A stretch of 64,000 bases of DNA from Iphione sp. A-MEVVRFRX5 (GCA_976226885.1 OZ320321.1:55800001-55864000), one strand, 5' to 3'; shown: positions 36,751 through 50,600, numbered from the stretch's first letter. Notes: generated from the letters alone by a model not told the origin. Made by a program: numbers and translations.

Positions 36751-39700
36751 CTGAATAAAAGAAAAAGGCCAACATCATTTTACGAGCCTTAAAAAGTGAG
36801 AGGTGTTTAATTATTCATGAACAGTAGGAGCTCTCCCTAGGCAGTCACCCTTAGTTACAGCTAATAAGTGATCAAAGAGAGAGGTGACCACTGGTGAGAG
36901 TTTTATTCATAGAAGATAGTCACCTTTCCATGGCTATTTGACCATAATAGGAGGTTATCACTTGGAGATGGGTAACCAACAGGAGAGATGCTACTGTACT
37001 GATAAATAATTATCAAAACAATGGCCATGTCTGTATAATTAAAAGAGTAATGCGTGCACATGCTAGCACACAGAGGATATAAATGTATTAGTACTAAAGA
37101 AAAAAATGTTAGAGGTTATTCTTTTTGCACGTCCTCACCCTTACCATTCAAGAACATTCTCTCATTCTCTCTCACTCACTCATTGTATATATTTATATCA
37201 CATGTATAGATGGTAGTAACCGATATGCAAAGTATCCTGTGCCTCTCACGTGGGTGGACCCATGTTAGTTGTGCGAAATGATAAACACTGATGCAGGAGA
37301 TATGTCTAACTTTTATTGTTCTCGCTCTCTTGTGTGGCGGCTTTCCCCTGCCCGTTCCCCCAAATCTACCCTTATTCTCTCTCTCTTACTCTCTTATACG
37401 GGTGTCCATGTTATCTACGACATCGCTTTCATTTGAGAATTTCAATGAAAGCTTCGCCCCTAGGCATGTTTCGTTGTTTTCCGAGGTGCGCGCGGAATCT
37501 CGCAAGCCACACGGGCAAAGCACCGGTTCCGTTTGTCCGGGTGACGTACACTGCTGCCCGGGCTGGACATCGGCGAGTGAAATTTTGACACATACGGAAA
37601 TTCCAAAATCACCGCTTCATCGGCCCTCGTTATGAACCTGCGGAGAGATTACAATGCATATATCAGATACCAAACGCGATGTTAGCAATGTGATGGACAC
37701 AGAATGGGAGAGAAAAATCTAATAATTTCTCGTTTACCGACTTTAACCGATTTTGCTTTCAAAAATGGGGACTCATATCTCAGTGAGGCAACTCGGTGGG
37801 GCACCTAAAATAAATCATAATCCTAGTCTGACAGATGTTACTTTGATAAGTGAAATAAGTGCTTTAATGAGAGACATCATCATACGAAGAGCGTTTGGCG
37901 TCTGATATATTCAAAGATCTTTTTCTTTTTGAAATTAAACGATGGCCAGGATATCCTTACTGCTTTCCAGAACTTACAATATGTAGGTATACGTGTTCAT
38001 TCAGAGCGAGCCATTCACCTATCATTAATTGTTCGGAAGAAATTAGCATCCAGCAGCCCGTGAGCTATTTGAGGAAAGTTGACACTTTAAGAGAGAAGAG
38101 AGAGAATTAAATGGAAAAGTGCTACATTTCACCTTACGATAAGTCTTCCTCACAAAGCAATCCATTCAAGAAAAAAAAATTGAGGAAAATTCTCCATAAA
38201 ATTTCAGGAGAGTAGGAAACCTTGCAATTGAATCGGATGAGCCACCATCGTTTGAAAGCACAATGCAGTAATGGAATCAACAGGAAACCACCAGCACCTC
38301 ACAAGAATTAGTATAATTCATGCAGGCTTAAAGCATTAGGCAGTAGCACCCATATCAAACCGACTACCCCGGACAGCCCCATCGTGCAAAGAATAGACTT
38401 AAGTAGTGAGTGTTATGAATATGATAGTTTGTAGGCAGAACGAGAATTTAGTGAAGCATAATACTATGTGATACCGCCCCATGCTTACTGAGAGTAATAA
38501 GAGTAGGAGTTGTACTCACCTTCCTTGGCTCTTTGATCTTCTGTGAAGCCACTTTCAAATTTTCTCACTGTGAAGAAATGGCTTGCTACCTCCAACCATC
38601 CACTTCTTGCGGAACGTGAAAATACTTAGCTGAGAGCTTCCAGGAGAAAGTTTTGTTTTCGTTAATTTCGGCGATACAGTATATTGATACGTTTGTGCTT
38701 AGGGGACATCCCCATTCTCTCTGTCCGAATACACACAGTTACATTAATCTAATTTAAGCAACTTAATTAATAAGTACATGTAACTCAGTTGGTTGTCATG
38801 GTTTCGTTCGTCTAACCGTCGACATTTGTACTGAAAAGAAGCGCCACTCCCCAATTTAGAATTTGCTGATGAGCTAGACTAGAAGGAAGCACTGGAAGGA
38901 GCGGGTCAGGCCCCCCCCCAATTAGATTCAGTGGTGGAGTCGGCTTTGCACTTAGTCGTCTCTATTTATTGGCATTGCGACCGTAATGGCATTATTTAAT
39001 AGTGCAATTCCAGCGGTTCGACACAAAAGGGGTTCTGGAATGTAATATTGCCGCAGTCAAATTCATTCTGCAGGAACATTTTGAAAGAGTTTGAAATAGA
39101 GGCTCCCCTCGAACACACCCAGTGAAAGGAAAAGTCAAATCGGATGGAATTTCCACTCATTCCCACCTTTATTGGTGGAGATGGAAGACTTTGTGAGGGC
39201 AGCACACGAAGAAACCGAAATGCGGCTCCCATGCCAGATTCTCGTGACAAAACAAAAGCCTTCTGCAAGATCCATTACGGTAGCCTGCATTATCAATTTT
39301 GAATACGTATTTCTTTTGATTGCACACTGTTTGCCATAACAGTTGGAAAGGATACCTGAAGTCTGCATTCACACAGCGTCATTTCGAATGCGATACACTT
39401 AAACACGCCATCGCTTACTTGTTTCAGAGAATATTTCAGAAATACACGTTTATTCATTTTTGTTTAAAGAAAGGACTCTCCCATTGGGTGAATATTCCCT
39501 TGTCCCTCAGGTCATTTATTTAAATTCGCGAAAGTGATGCCCAAGGTCCCTGACAGAAGGACAGGGTACTTTCAGGTTGCCCTTGGCGAGAAGGACACCC
39601 CTCATATCGTTCAAGTGCCATATTTACCATGGTCATAAAACAAAGTCCCAACTCCCATGTGCATAATAGCTCCTTTTCTCCCACTTCTCGCCCCCTTTTT

Positions 39701-41344
39701 GGTGATTCATGTTCATGTCAGCTATAGTGGCTCTCTCGCTGAAGTAACGGTACTTTGGGCCGGCGACATTGTCCTTTACAGATTCCGAGGGCAGCCATTA
39801 TGTCTCTGTACTCCTCTGATATTCTGTGTGTTCCATCGACTGATGTCGAATGCTTTTAGCCCTCGTTCCTCTTCTAAAAGGACGGCTGCCGTTCCCGCTA
39901 ATTCCCGAAATGCAGTGTATTAAAAAACTTCATAAATTCGCCTCGACTCCGCTGGATTGGTTACCTTTCTGGGGAATTGGCGGTACAGAGTATATATTTT
40001 CTGGGGGGGATTGACGTACAAAATAATTAAACTGAATAATTGAAACACGCGTACGAGTAATTAGATCGAGGATGTTGACATTCTTTTTGACAGACCTGAA
40101 GAATAAAAAAAAAGATTAAAGGGACTTTCTACGAGATTATTTTTGGGTGGCGAAGTTAAGCTGTCTTTTAAAGAGTACGTCGTCCCCCCCGGCGGATTGA
40201 CGTAGTTGTCTGTGGCATTGCTGTAATCTGATGCTGATAGTGGTGAGAATCCTATGCAACGCACGTCGAGCCTTTGCCTCCGCTCTTCAACCGAAACGTC
40301 ACTCACAACGCTTGACCATTTGTCACTTATGCTCGTAGCAGGCCTGTAGTGACATGGGGGCTGTCTGGTAAGGGGCCACCGGGTCAAGCAGTCAGCCCCT
40401 GTCGGGCTCTGCAGTGGCAAGAGGTCTTCTGGGACAATCAGAGGCGAGGCTTGGAGAAGTAACATAGGAGCGTTGATGTTAGACAAATGTTGAAACATAT
40501 TTCTGTATTCAGCGGCCTGGCATTTCGTGCTCGAGATGAGGCCAGGACGCCGAAACTGAACTAGACCGCTATGCTTGCTTTGAATAATAAACGGAGAAAA
40601 AATACGCCGCCGCGAAGAAGAAAAATGGAGATGTTTGCTTGACAGTACGTAACATAAATCACTGAAACATCAAGATAGTGGTGAATCTGATTTACCCATA
40701 GATGTTTTATGCACCAGTGGTTTTTATATTCATGTTGGTTATGTATTGCAAATGCCTGTAGAAAACACAAAACATCGCATGTTACGAACGAACAGCGTCT
40801 GTGGTGGAGAAATACATTAGCTGTCGATTTCGTCAATGCGCCACCACCCACAGCGATAAAAAAAGACATTATATCTGAATTATCTAACATCACATCCATC
40901 TTACTCGGTGAAATACATCACGCGTTCAAATATGTATCATATATTTTTGCTTTGAAATACACTGTAGGATACTCGCTGTGATCGACCATAGGGGGGATCT
41001 TTGCATCTATCATCAGTCACATGGTCCCCATTGACCAATAAGCCTTTGAGGCTTGTGTTATGCCACCCCGACCGAGTGGCAGTCGAAGCCAAACAAACAG
41101 CAGCAGGGCATTTGCCCAGACGGTAGCTCAACGCGGCTTACTTTGAGCCACTCGTAATCTCTAACGAACACAGAGACACTAGCAAACATTCCTGCGATGA
41201 GCATCACGTTTGCTCAGACCTTGAATGTATTTGGATACAGGAGTAAATTCTGTCATGAACGCCATACTTTTCAAGCTATCCTTGGACATTCACTCTCGCA
41301 CTCGCTACTCGCACTATGGGAGTCACACTGTTGTCGATACTTAC

Positions 41345-41538
41345 ATATCTGCTCCAGACATTCGTTGTTAGGACTTGATTCTTCTCATCCAAATCAAGAA
41401 TCTGAATGAGGGCGAGGCCGTAGCTGACGCGGACCGTCTCAGAAGTGTTGTAGACCGGACGGCCGACAATCCCTACTCTCTCGTAATTCTCGAGCAAATG
41501 CTTGATCAACCGCTTTTCATCGGACATTGCTATTGTCT
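41345..41538 (-). CDS. nAChR N-terminal exon, the only copy found (TIAMSDEKRLIKHLLENYERVGIVGRPVYNTSETVRVSYGLALIQILDLDEKNQVLTTNVWSRY)
   Basis: ttttttcaccatttcag acceptor (phase 1) and TAT|gtaagt donor (phase 0); 194 nt. Contains the RPV, LIQI..DEKNQVLTTNVW (loop D) motifs. In frame with both 36750 and 24673. Confidence 0.95.
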
Positions 41539-43627
41539 CTGAAATGGTGAAAAAACCCACATATATTACAGTCTGGAGTACAATTTTAACGGAGTGACAA
41601 ATATGATTGTAGATCACATTGGTACGTTATAGGAACATGCCTACCTACTATAATTCTCTTCCATCATAACACATTGCATTTCTCTGATAGAGAAGGAGCA
41701 AATATAAGGTTGCGTTAGATTATTGCCATTGGAGTTTATACAGAAGGGTTGGACCATTTAAGAAGGACAGAGTAAAATACCAATGGCACATTTTGTCATA
41801 CTTGGCAGAGTAGTATTTCTTTACAATAGGATGAAATCCGGCCAATAATTTATCATAAGCACACACTCTAAGCACCACTATATACAATGTACCTCAGACC
41901 CTTTCAACTCAATGTATGTATATCTTTTGGTAATTGTTTGAGCAGGGTCAACATATAAGGCCGAACCTGGGTTGAAAGACTAGGGTTATTGACAAATGAA
42001 GGATAAGATGGGTGATCAAAAGAATGGATTTGAAAGGGGAAGAGAAGGTCGCGCGAGATCCATCTATAACACAGGCCCGGGGGTGGAGTGGGGCAGATAA
42101 GGGCTCAAAAAGGATACGGAGTGCAGGAGAAAGACAGATGCCAGGAACATTGCCGATGTCTGGCTTGCCAGGCTTTCATGTGTCCTCCTCATAGAAGACT
42201 GGCGCGTACGATGCGATTATAATGGACGGTTGCCATGTCACCAGCAGGCGCGAGCTGCTCCCAGAGCAGCTCATGAGGAGGGGAGATGAAAGCCATACAC
42301 AATTCCCGACATATCGTAAGAGAATGGCACCGGGCTGTGACTTTTCGTCATCACTCTCCCTACCCCTCTCATTCAGCACTAGAGGCTTGATGTTACAGTC
42401 TGGTCATTGTACCCACAGCATCATATCCTCCAAGTGTTGACCGGGTGTTCCCTGATCGCTACAAACGCAGTTAGCTCCCTATACGTGTTGTCGACGGTTG
42501 GGATGGGGTGGGGAGGGAGAGCAAGATTGGGCACAAGATACTTTGAAGTTGGCACATACATTCAACGTAATGAAGCGTATATGAATAGAAACAGATCGGT
42601 TCGCGCACTCTCTCTGTCATATTTTTGCAATTGAATTGAAACTTTCAGATGACGGAAAACATCTGGTTGCTCTTCTATTTAATTTACCTCTCTTAATTTA
42701 GACCCGAATTGGATTTCCGTCACTACATAGCTTGCTATTAGAAAGGTTTCTATATCTTTACTTGTGATACTGGTGCAACAATTAAGCAGCACTATTCTGT
42801 GTCATTGCTAACCTGCTCACTGCCTATATCACCTCCACCGTGCTTAAATGCAAATAATGTAGACCAATTTGAAACGTTCCCCAGTCCCTACATCATTACC
42901 CTCGAGCCGGTTAAATTTTGAGTTACATGTCAAGTGATTCCCGAAATACAAAATTCCGCACAATTAAGATATGCGATAGACAATATTCTCAGACTTATGT
43001 TGTAAGCTCAGAGAAGGCAAGCAAAATTCAAGGAGAAAATGCAAGATTTACTTATGGGTCAGAGACAACGATCTTGCACCCGATCTCGAAGGTAATATGC
43101 CGAAATATGCAGTCGGGATGGGTGATTCCACTCCCCCGGAGATTTGAATCAAACCGTTTTACCGAGGAAGGTAAACGATATTGTGTTTTAAGGAAAAATA
43201 AAATTCTTGATCCACCTACCTATGAGTGTCAGTAATGTAGCAGAACACAACAGTAACTCCAAAACATGGCATTCCATTCGCGCGCTACCTAAGCTCCATG
43301 AGGAAAACTATCATATGTTGACCAGGCGATAGTTGTTGGTTGTGTATGTACACACACACAACTTCTGAGTGCGCGACTCCCCTCCCCTCAATGAACCTGG
43401 AATTTAGGCGACCTCCGAGCGGCGAGGTGGTGGGCCGATGGGCAATAGGCACACACACAGGGCGAAGCCAGGCCCTGCATTCAGGAAGAAGCAGGGGTTG
43501 GTGGGGATTGCTTAGGAATGGATTGCAAGCAATAAAGCCGAGGAGACGAGCGCGCCTGCCTTGGGCTATATAAGTTATAGGGTGAGACAGGCGCTTGTGT
43601 AGGTGGCACTAGTGGAGGTTCTCTTAC

Positions 43628-43690
43628 TCGCATGGGGAGGAGGAGAAGGAGGTGGACGGGGGGGAGGGTAGGGTTTAAGATGGCTGACAT
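43628..43690 (-). other. Weak candidate for the nAChR signal-peptide exon (MSAILNPTLPPVHLLLLLPMR)
   Basis: Lies in a GC-rich promoter-like tract, with a Leu run and a CGA|gtaaga donor. The donor is phase 0 whereas the preferred exon-2 acceptor is phase 1, so joining would need the disfavoured GAG acceptor at 41537. Confidence 0.15.
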
Positions 43691-44627
43691 GTAATCACTG
43701 CCTATCGGCAAACTCTCCCGATTCTTGACAGAGCCTCTTGACAGAGCTCCCTGCCGGATCCGTCAGGGACGTCCAGGCCTGGAGCTGCATAGGCGGCAGA
43801 AGGAGTCGGGCGTCGTGGGTGGAGGAGGAGGCAGGCCGGGCGGGCGGGCGGGCGCTGGGGGGGACTTTTAGCAGCTGAACAGCGCGGTACAATATCCGGT
43901 ACAGAGGCGCGGACACGGGGGCCGTCGACATAACTCATCCGCCGACTTCCATGCCAGGAATCTAATTATCCCCTGGTAAGGAATTCGCAGATTGGCCACT
44001 GCGGGGTAGTTGCTAACCACACAGCAGTGCCTCTAGATCCACGGCCCGTTCGGGATGGTACCCTGGAGGGGTCGGGCTGTGCACTGGGAAGACACGCTGG
44101 CAAGGTAACTGAAGACGCCGAATCTTGCCTGCTATCATGTCAGGCTTGGTGAAAGCAGACTCCATCGGCTAATTGATTCACCTGGCCGTTCTGCTTCCCA
44201 GTAAGCAGTGCTTCTCATTTAGTGTGTAAACATACAGTATGCGGCATTCGCTTTGTGCAGAGGGCGACATTTTCGACTGGCATACATTTTCCCCTCACTT
44301 GCATGCTCCGTATATATCCAATTTTAATATGACCTGTAATGATTTTGTTTTTTTTGTGAGGTTTTTAATATAAGTTTTGGGAATTTGGAGAACGAACCGC
44401 CACCTGACGATCTGCAATATTGATGAAATAGCTAAAAGACCATTACCCGTTACAATAGAGAATCTTATTACATACAAATGTATAGGGAAGGAAATCAGAA
44501 CCATCCTTATTTTGATTTATAATAGTAAGATAAATCGACTGTCCGAAGAGATTCAAAACCACATGCATATCTGGCATACATTGCTTCATTTAGGTGAGGA
44601 AATGATAGATGAACGGAGTTCTGACAT

Positions 44628-44680
44628 GAGGAGGAGGGGGAGGAGCAGGAGGAGGGGCAGGAGGAGGAGCAGGAGGAGGG
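44628..44680. repeat. Degenerate (GGA/GCA)n purine-rich simple repeat
   Basis: gaggaggaggggg aggagcagga ggaggggcag gaggaggagc aggaggaggg. Confidence 0.8.
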
Positions 44681-47600
44681 CTCTTTGCAAGTAGACACCA
44701 ATTACTCTGTGATGGAGAGTTTCAATGATGCTCTGTTCTAGACGGATAGATGAGAGTGGGAAAGCTTGTTACGGATAATAAACACAGCTAAAGCCCCCCC
44801 GCCACTGGACACCCGCCTGCTGTATAGCGTTGACGTGCTGATGGCAAGGCCCACATTACAAGCAATCCAGCTATCTTCACCCAAGATACCCCAAAGCCTT
44901 TCAGCGAAAATGAGATTGGAGGGGAGAGAAGGACGGTGGTGAAAATAAATTTCCCGGTCATTCACCTATCTTGCAGTGTTCCAAGTGTGTGGTGGGGGTT
45001 GCGCCGTGTGGCCAGTGCATGGCTCGTCTCAGAGTTGCCATACAAACACATGCCTGGCAAGAGTATCCCCCGTAGGTGGCCTCGCATGATGGATAGATGA
45101 CACTTCATTCCGATAAGGTTAAAATTCCTAACGTGTGTTGTGCCCTCAGCAGGTCTCCGAGAAGCGAGGTAGGTTCGAATCTATCGAAAAAAGCCACTCC
45201 TGTTCTCTCTGGGTAGAGAAAGGGGGATTCGGGGATGGGTGGGTTGTGGGGCATCTCTTTAAGCGTTATGCATATTCTTAATTCCTGGAAATGCGTTATT
45301 GGGTACCCCCTGATGCCCTCTGTGTATATACATGATGCACGTGTACCATCCCATACTTTCTGGCTTCATTGTCTTCCTCATAAACTGCGTCTTCTCGATT
45401 TGTCTCTGATATACCTCACTACCTACGTCAGCCTCCGTTTCCCACGACAGCGAGTCACTGAAGCAGCAACTGTTCGTAATCTTTTAATGCTTGAAATAAA
45501 ACTGGGAATAAGATGGACGTTTTGGTTTCCGTTTTCCCGACCGGTTTGCTCAGCGGGTAATTCGTGGAGGAAATTCAACCTGATAATTGTGCAAATAGTC
45601 GTTCACTCATTGTCTCAGGTCAACTGTACAGAAGTGCTGAAGCCTTCATGGGTATATACTTCATAGTCGAATTTAGGGACCTACGTTACTCGGTTGTTGG
45701 GGCACCGGAGCGAAATAAACAACATTGTCTAGGTAAATTCTCTCCCTGTTGACAGATTGTTTTCCAGGATATTCGCCGACGCGTTGACCAGCGATTGGTG
45801 TCAGACATAAACAAGGCACAGTGAGGAGCAGTTATATTACAGACGACCTCATACCTTTCACCCACCGCAGTGCTCGTCCGTGCGTAGAAAATGCACAAGG
45901 CCGGTTGCATAACCGATCAGAGTTGCCTGGTAAATTTACACGATAAGGTTTTAATTTCCAGAAGCGGGTTCGGTGGGGCAGCGTCCGAGACGGACGCCCA
46001 ACCTGGACACTGGCAGAGCACGTGGTCTTCAACCTCGACCCCTTCTCACATGGCCCAACCGCCATGTTTACCTTGGTACCGCCAGGACTTATCGCCGCCC
46101 GTCCACACGTGTTCCTAGCTTCCCACGAGTAATTAAAGGCAAACACGTCTCGAACCCTACTCGGCAATCACACCTTCCTCAAGACACCACGAGATCACTC
46201 CCTCCTTCCAAAATAGTGAGAAGGATTTTGGTACGTCAAATAGATGTTAAGAAACCGACGGGGATTAAAAGTGCGGTGGCGTCGACGGAAAGAGAGCTTG
46301 TGTATTTGACACACTGAACTATGATGAGATTTTGTGATCGCACCTCTCCACGGCAAACAGAATGTATATGAACGCTCTTTCTGAACTGCTTATGAAGAGG
46401 TCTCCGCCGGTCTTTAGTAGATGTAAGAGGCCGAAAACTTTGTTTTCATTAGAGACGTGAATTATTGCAGATTGAAATGGGAGCAACTAATGGAAGAAGC
46501 TATACAAGGACGCTGCTGATTAATTTGGCAGCGCATGTATATGCCAGTTTAGAAGTTTGAATTCATACCTCCCCTTCACCTTACAGGAATGTTGTTAAAT
46601 GTAATGCAAGAGCGGAAGTAATCAACGAAACGAAAATAATTCTGCACTTAAAAGAATGAGGTATATTTCAGTCAATACCCTGTGGTTTACACACCAATCC
46701 ACAAAGCCTGGTTAATAAAATTAAATACTATTACCAAAAATAAAAGATTAGCACACGGCTTTTAAAGGTTAATATTAAAGAGAGGCTTAATTTCCATGTA
46801 CCATGTTTCCTGTATGTGTTTCCATAATTTTGGTGACGGTTGTCGTCAACTGCAGTGATTCCCATGTGCTTGTACATTCAGAATAATAAGACATCATGTT
46901 TCACATTGACACCTGTCCCATCCTTCAAGGAGCATGTATATATTTCCAGCATAGAAGTACATAAAGAAAGGTTTAGACAGCACAAGAAGGCAAAGTTACA
47001 GACAGTGGAGAAGTGTTCTGGTCTGAATTTGTTTTAGAGACATTTGCACCCAAAACGACGGATTATACTCATTTTCAGACACATGTAAACATTTGCATGT
47101 TTACATTTACACACATGTATGTACACATATTAACTCAGTCTACTACAGGCTCATCTGCAAGAAAAACTGCATTTATGCATTGGTATACACCTGTCCATAT
47201 TGACCTTAATATCTGTACAAATATCTCCATGGATAGGCAAGGAATACACATGCATGGGTACATGGAAATTTAGCCTTAACGCCATAAAATTGTTCCGTTA
47301 CCCTAAAGTAATTTTAAACTTATCCAATGGCTAGTTTGATTGAAAACATACAAACTTTCTTCATTGTGATCTACACTTACAGAGAGGTTGTCAGTACTCT
47401 TTTCAGTGCAGGGTCCTCTAAATCGTTGCAGGCACCTTATTTCCAATAGAATTATAAAGTACATGTACTATAATTTTGGGGACCGAAGGACAATGCCTTC
47501 CGATCACAATGGGCAAATACATGTAGTTTCGTGTTGATGGAGCCAGAGACGAGCATTTCTCGCTTCGCTCTTCCATCGGGTGTTAGTGCCATATGGCAAA

Positions 47601-50600
47601 CGTATATCTTTAAAACAAAACCACTCATCACACCACAGCAATAAGGTCGCAAAGCCAAGCCGCACCAAGGCAAATACCTTTCTTCCTAGACCCGCGTTGT
47701 TTTCGTGCATCTGTGTTTAAAAAGAAGAGAGAAATAATGGCAAATGAATACAATACTGATTGACAGAAGGGGTTTTAGCAGCAAAGTTCAGTAAGCAATA
47801 AATCCAACGGTGTTGGTATTAGCATATGTGTGTTGTCATACAGGCTATATTGTCGAAGTTCGATGCAACAGAGCTATCAAACTATGAACAGATGAAAAGC
47901 AGCATTCCATAACGGTCATGTTCACCTTTTACATCGACAGCGCCCGGCGGCAAAATTCTATGGGCGTGCGCAACCGACGAGGAAGTGGGTGTACATTGTG
48001 CTGATACACGTGTAAGCATTTGTTAGCATTGGGGTAAGATGGAACAGGGATCAAACCAGAATTAAGACATAGGAAAAGGTTACGGAGGGGGCTTTTCAAG
48101 CTAGGCATTAAGAAGACCATGGGTCAGGATGCTTTTTATCAGTCGTGACTGTAAAAGGGATCGCGGCAGGGAGCGAACACTGTAGACCTTCAGAATAAAA
48201 GGGTTGCAAGGCGAAGCATAAGGCCAAGCTTTCTACAACGAAAGTTAGAATCTATGCGCAACAGTATACGTCAGAAGGAATATTTTTCCCAGGCAAGTTA
48301 CAAATCCAGTTCGATCAGGCGAAGCGGTGCGGAGCTGTGTGTCTGTGCTACCCGTGGACAGAGCGCGATCCAATTTACCAGAGGAGCAAATCGAGTTTTC
48401 CACTCGCCCGTGACCCTTATTATCGCTCAAGAACTCTTGCCCGTCTCGTACCCTACCCAACTGACATCACTACTTGATCGCAGAGACGGTTGTCTCGATG
48501 ACTGCCATCGTCCATCTCCCAACTGGAAGCAAGATGAACATGGCCCAGTGGAAGGCAGCTACTTCTCCTCTCACGGATCGAGCTTTATCGTCTGACGTGC
48601 TTTATTTTTCTACCGTTTGTCCCTCTGCCTTACTACTGGCGCTTTGGCTCAGCATCCACTTTACCATCTCCCTCTAGTCGTGTTGGCCTGTTTGCCCCTC
48701 CAACCCCCCCTTGCCACACACACACACACGCGCGCGCACACACACCAACCGCCATCTCCATGCCCTCAGGGAATACTCTTCTCAGACCGTCTTTATCATC
48801 ATTCGAGACGAACCAACCAGGCAAGGGGGGAAATGGGCTTTGAGATTGATTCGGGGGAGCTGTTTCTAGATTTAGCTTTCAAATGTACTTTCAATGAAAA
48901 GTAGGCTGGATTTCATTGATGTCAGTAACAAATAATAGCAACTCATGTGTAATGTATATGCCGCTTTCCTTCTAGAGTGGTATACATTTATTCTTTCTTG
49001 TCATTGCACAGACCCGTGGCGTGTCTTTTGTTTAATGCATGAAATACTGAAACATTCGGAAAGCTGTAAAACAATCTGATTCAGACATGATAGACAATCA
49101 TGCACATTTGAGTAAATTGCCGCCAGCAGAAGGCATCTGATCTAGGAAATTCATACCGAACGATCAGGGAGGCAGTTCCGCCGTTCAACCCATGTGCATA
49201 ATGTAGTCAATATCTGACCGTTGTTGCTGCATTCAATCAATGTATGGACCGACGTTGTCTCTGGCCAGGCGCATTATGTGCATATTTTGTTGGCGGAGGG
49301 CATCGACCATCAGGCCTCTGGTTTAATAGCCTGGCTGTATATGATGATAGAAAGATCCCCAGCTCGCCCTGTCTAACATTTTAGATGGTTTGTCGAAGGT
49401 TGTAGTGGTCTACCACTACCCCGTATACAAATATTGGACTTTTCTGCCCTTCATCTTGCCTGCTCTTCTTGTTAATTTTGTGTGATTTTGTTAGTTTCAT
49501 GTAGGATGAGACCTGAATGTATGCATTAACATGTACATGTACATGCACATGTATATAAGTTGAGATAGATTCACTTATCTTATTGTGTACAGCTGCGGCA
49601 CAAACAGTATTCTTTCACCGACGACATTTTCCCCTCTTTTATTGATATTAGTGAATCAAAATATGGCTTTTCTTGACACCAAACAATGAAAATGACACGT
49701 AAATCACTGTGGTGACCTTAGACGGAAAACGGAATCACACAAAGTCTTTTTACATCGCCATCTCATCAAACTATTGTCTTTATGACTGTTTCAACTATTT
49801 GTTTAAAAGATGCCATCTTCTTATTCCGCAACCATAATATTCATTTACCTTTGTCTGGCGTAAAGTTAAAAATGACCTTTCTTCTTACCCTCAGCCATTT
49901 TTTCTGCATGCATAAATGTCGGAGGAGAAGCGCAAATATCCAGCACATCGCCTGGGGATGCAGCCATTCATTTCCGCACCACTCTAGATGGCGCCACTGT
50001 CATGTCTTTCAGTCAAGCCGTCAGGCAACAGGCATATCTTTGACGCAGTAATTCTGGTTAGCATCCAGTTTGGGTTCCTAATTATCCTTCTGTACTTTGT
50101 ATATCGGTTAACTCTGGATCTAAGAAGTGCTTCACTATGATCCTGTCTACGTTACCTGCCCAATAGTGTTGTCTGTGACAATGTAAATTTTAGTCGAGTT
50201 TGGTTGGAAATTAGAGGAGGAATCAAGAGGGCACTCATCCATTCAGTCCATGTAATTTTACCTCCTCCGAGACAGTACAGCCGTGTACTCTCGGACATAT
50301 TCAATTTTCTCAGCATTCTTACCATTAAGATATCAGTAGCAGTACGACTGACATGTTACTCAAAGGATGGGACGTTCTGTTTGACTGCTGGCAATACTCA
50401 AACATTCCTTATCTGCGGACCTTTGTAGAACGGTGAAAGTTCATGTGTAAGGAGGAAATGTGCGAAGGCTTTAGAGGATTCAGCTATCGAAGTCATGTGT
50501 GGAGGGACAATGTCTAAGGTTCACAGCGATAATGTTCTTGATTCCAATGCCAATCTTCCATCTCAAAATAGAGTGTATGAAAACAAGACTTCGTCGCATG

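Noticed and set aside
38520-38629. 110-nt exon-like segment (ctctcag ... AAG|gtgagt) in the intron after the shared exon, the same length as the loop-A exons
   Set aside because: No sequence similarity to those exons and stops in all three frames; it could be a poison or non-coding exon but there is no support without RNA data.
44600-44700. Leu-rich frame (ALLLLLLLPLLLLLPLLLM) as the receptor signal peptide
   Set aside because: It is the translation of a GGA-type simple repeat, with no upstream in-frame Met and a stop before any donor.
45140-45190. ggttcgaatc B-box-like motif (also gtttcgatcc on the - strand at ~16435) as a tRNA or SINE
   Set aside because: No cloverleaf, no convincing A-box and no second copy in the window.
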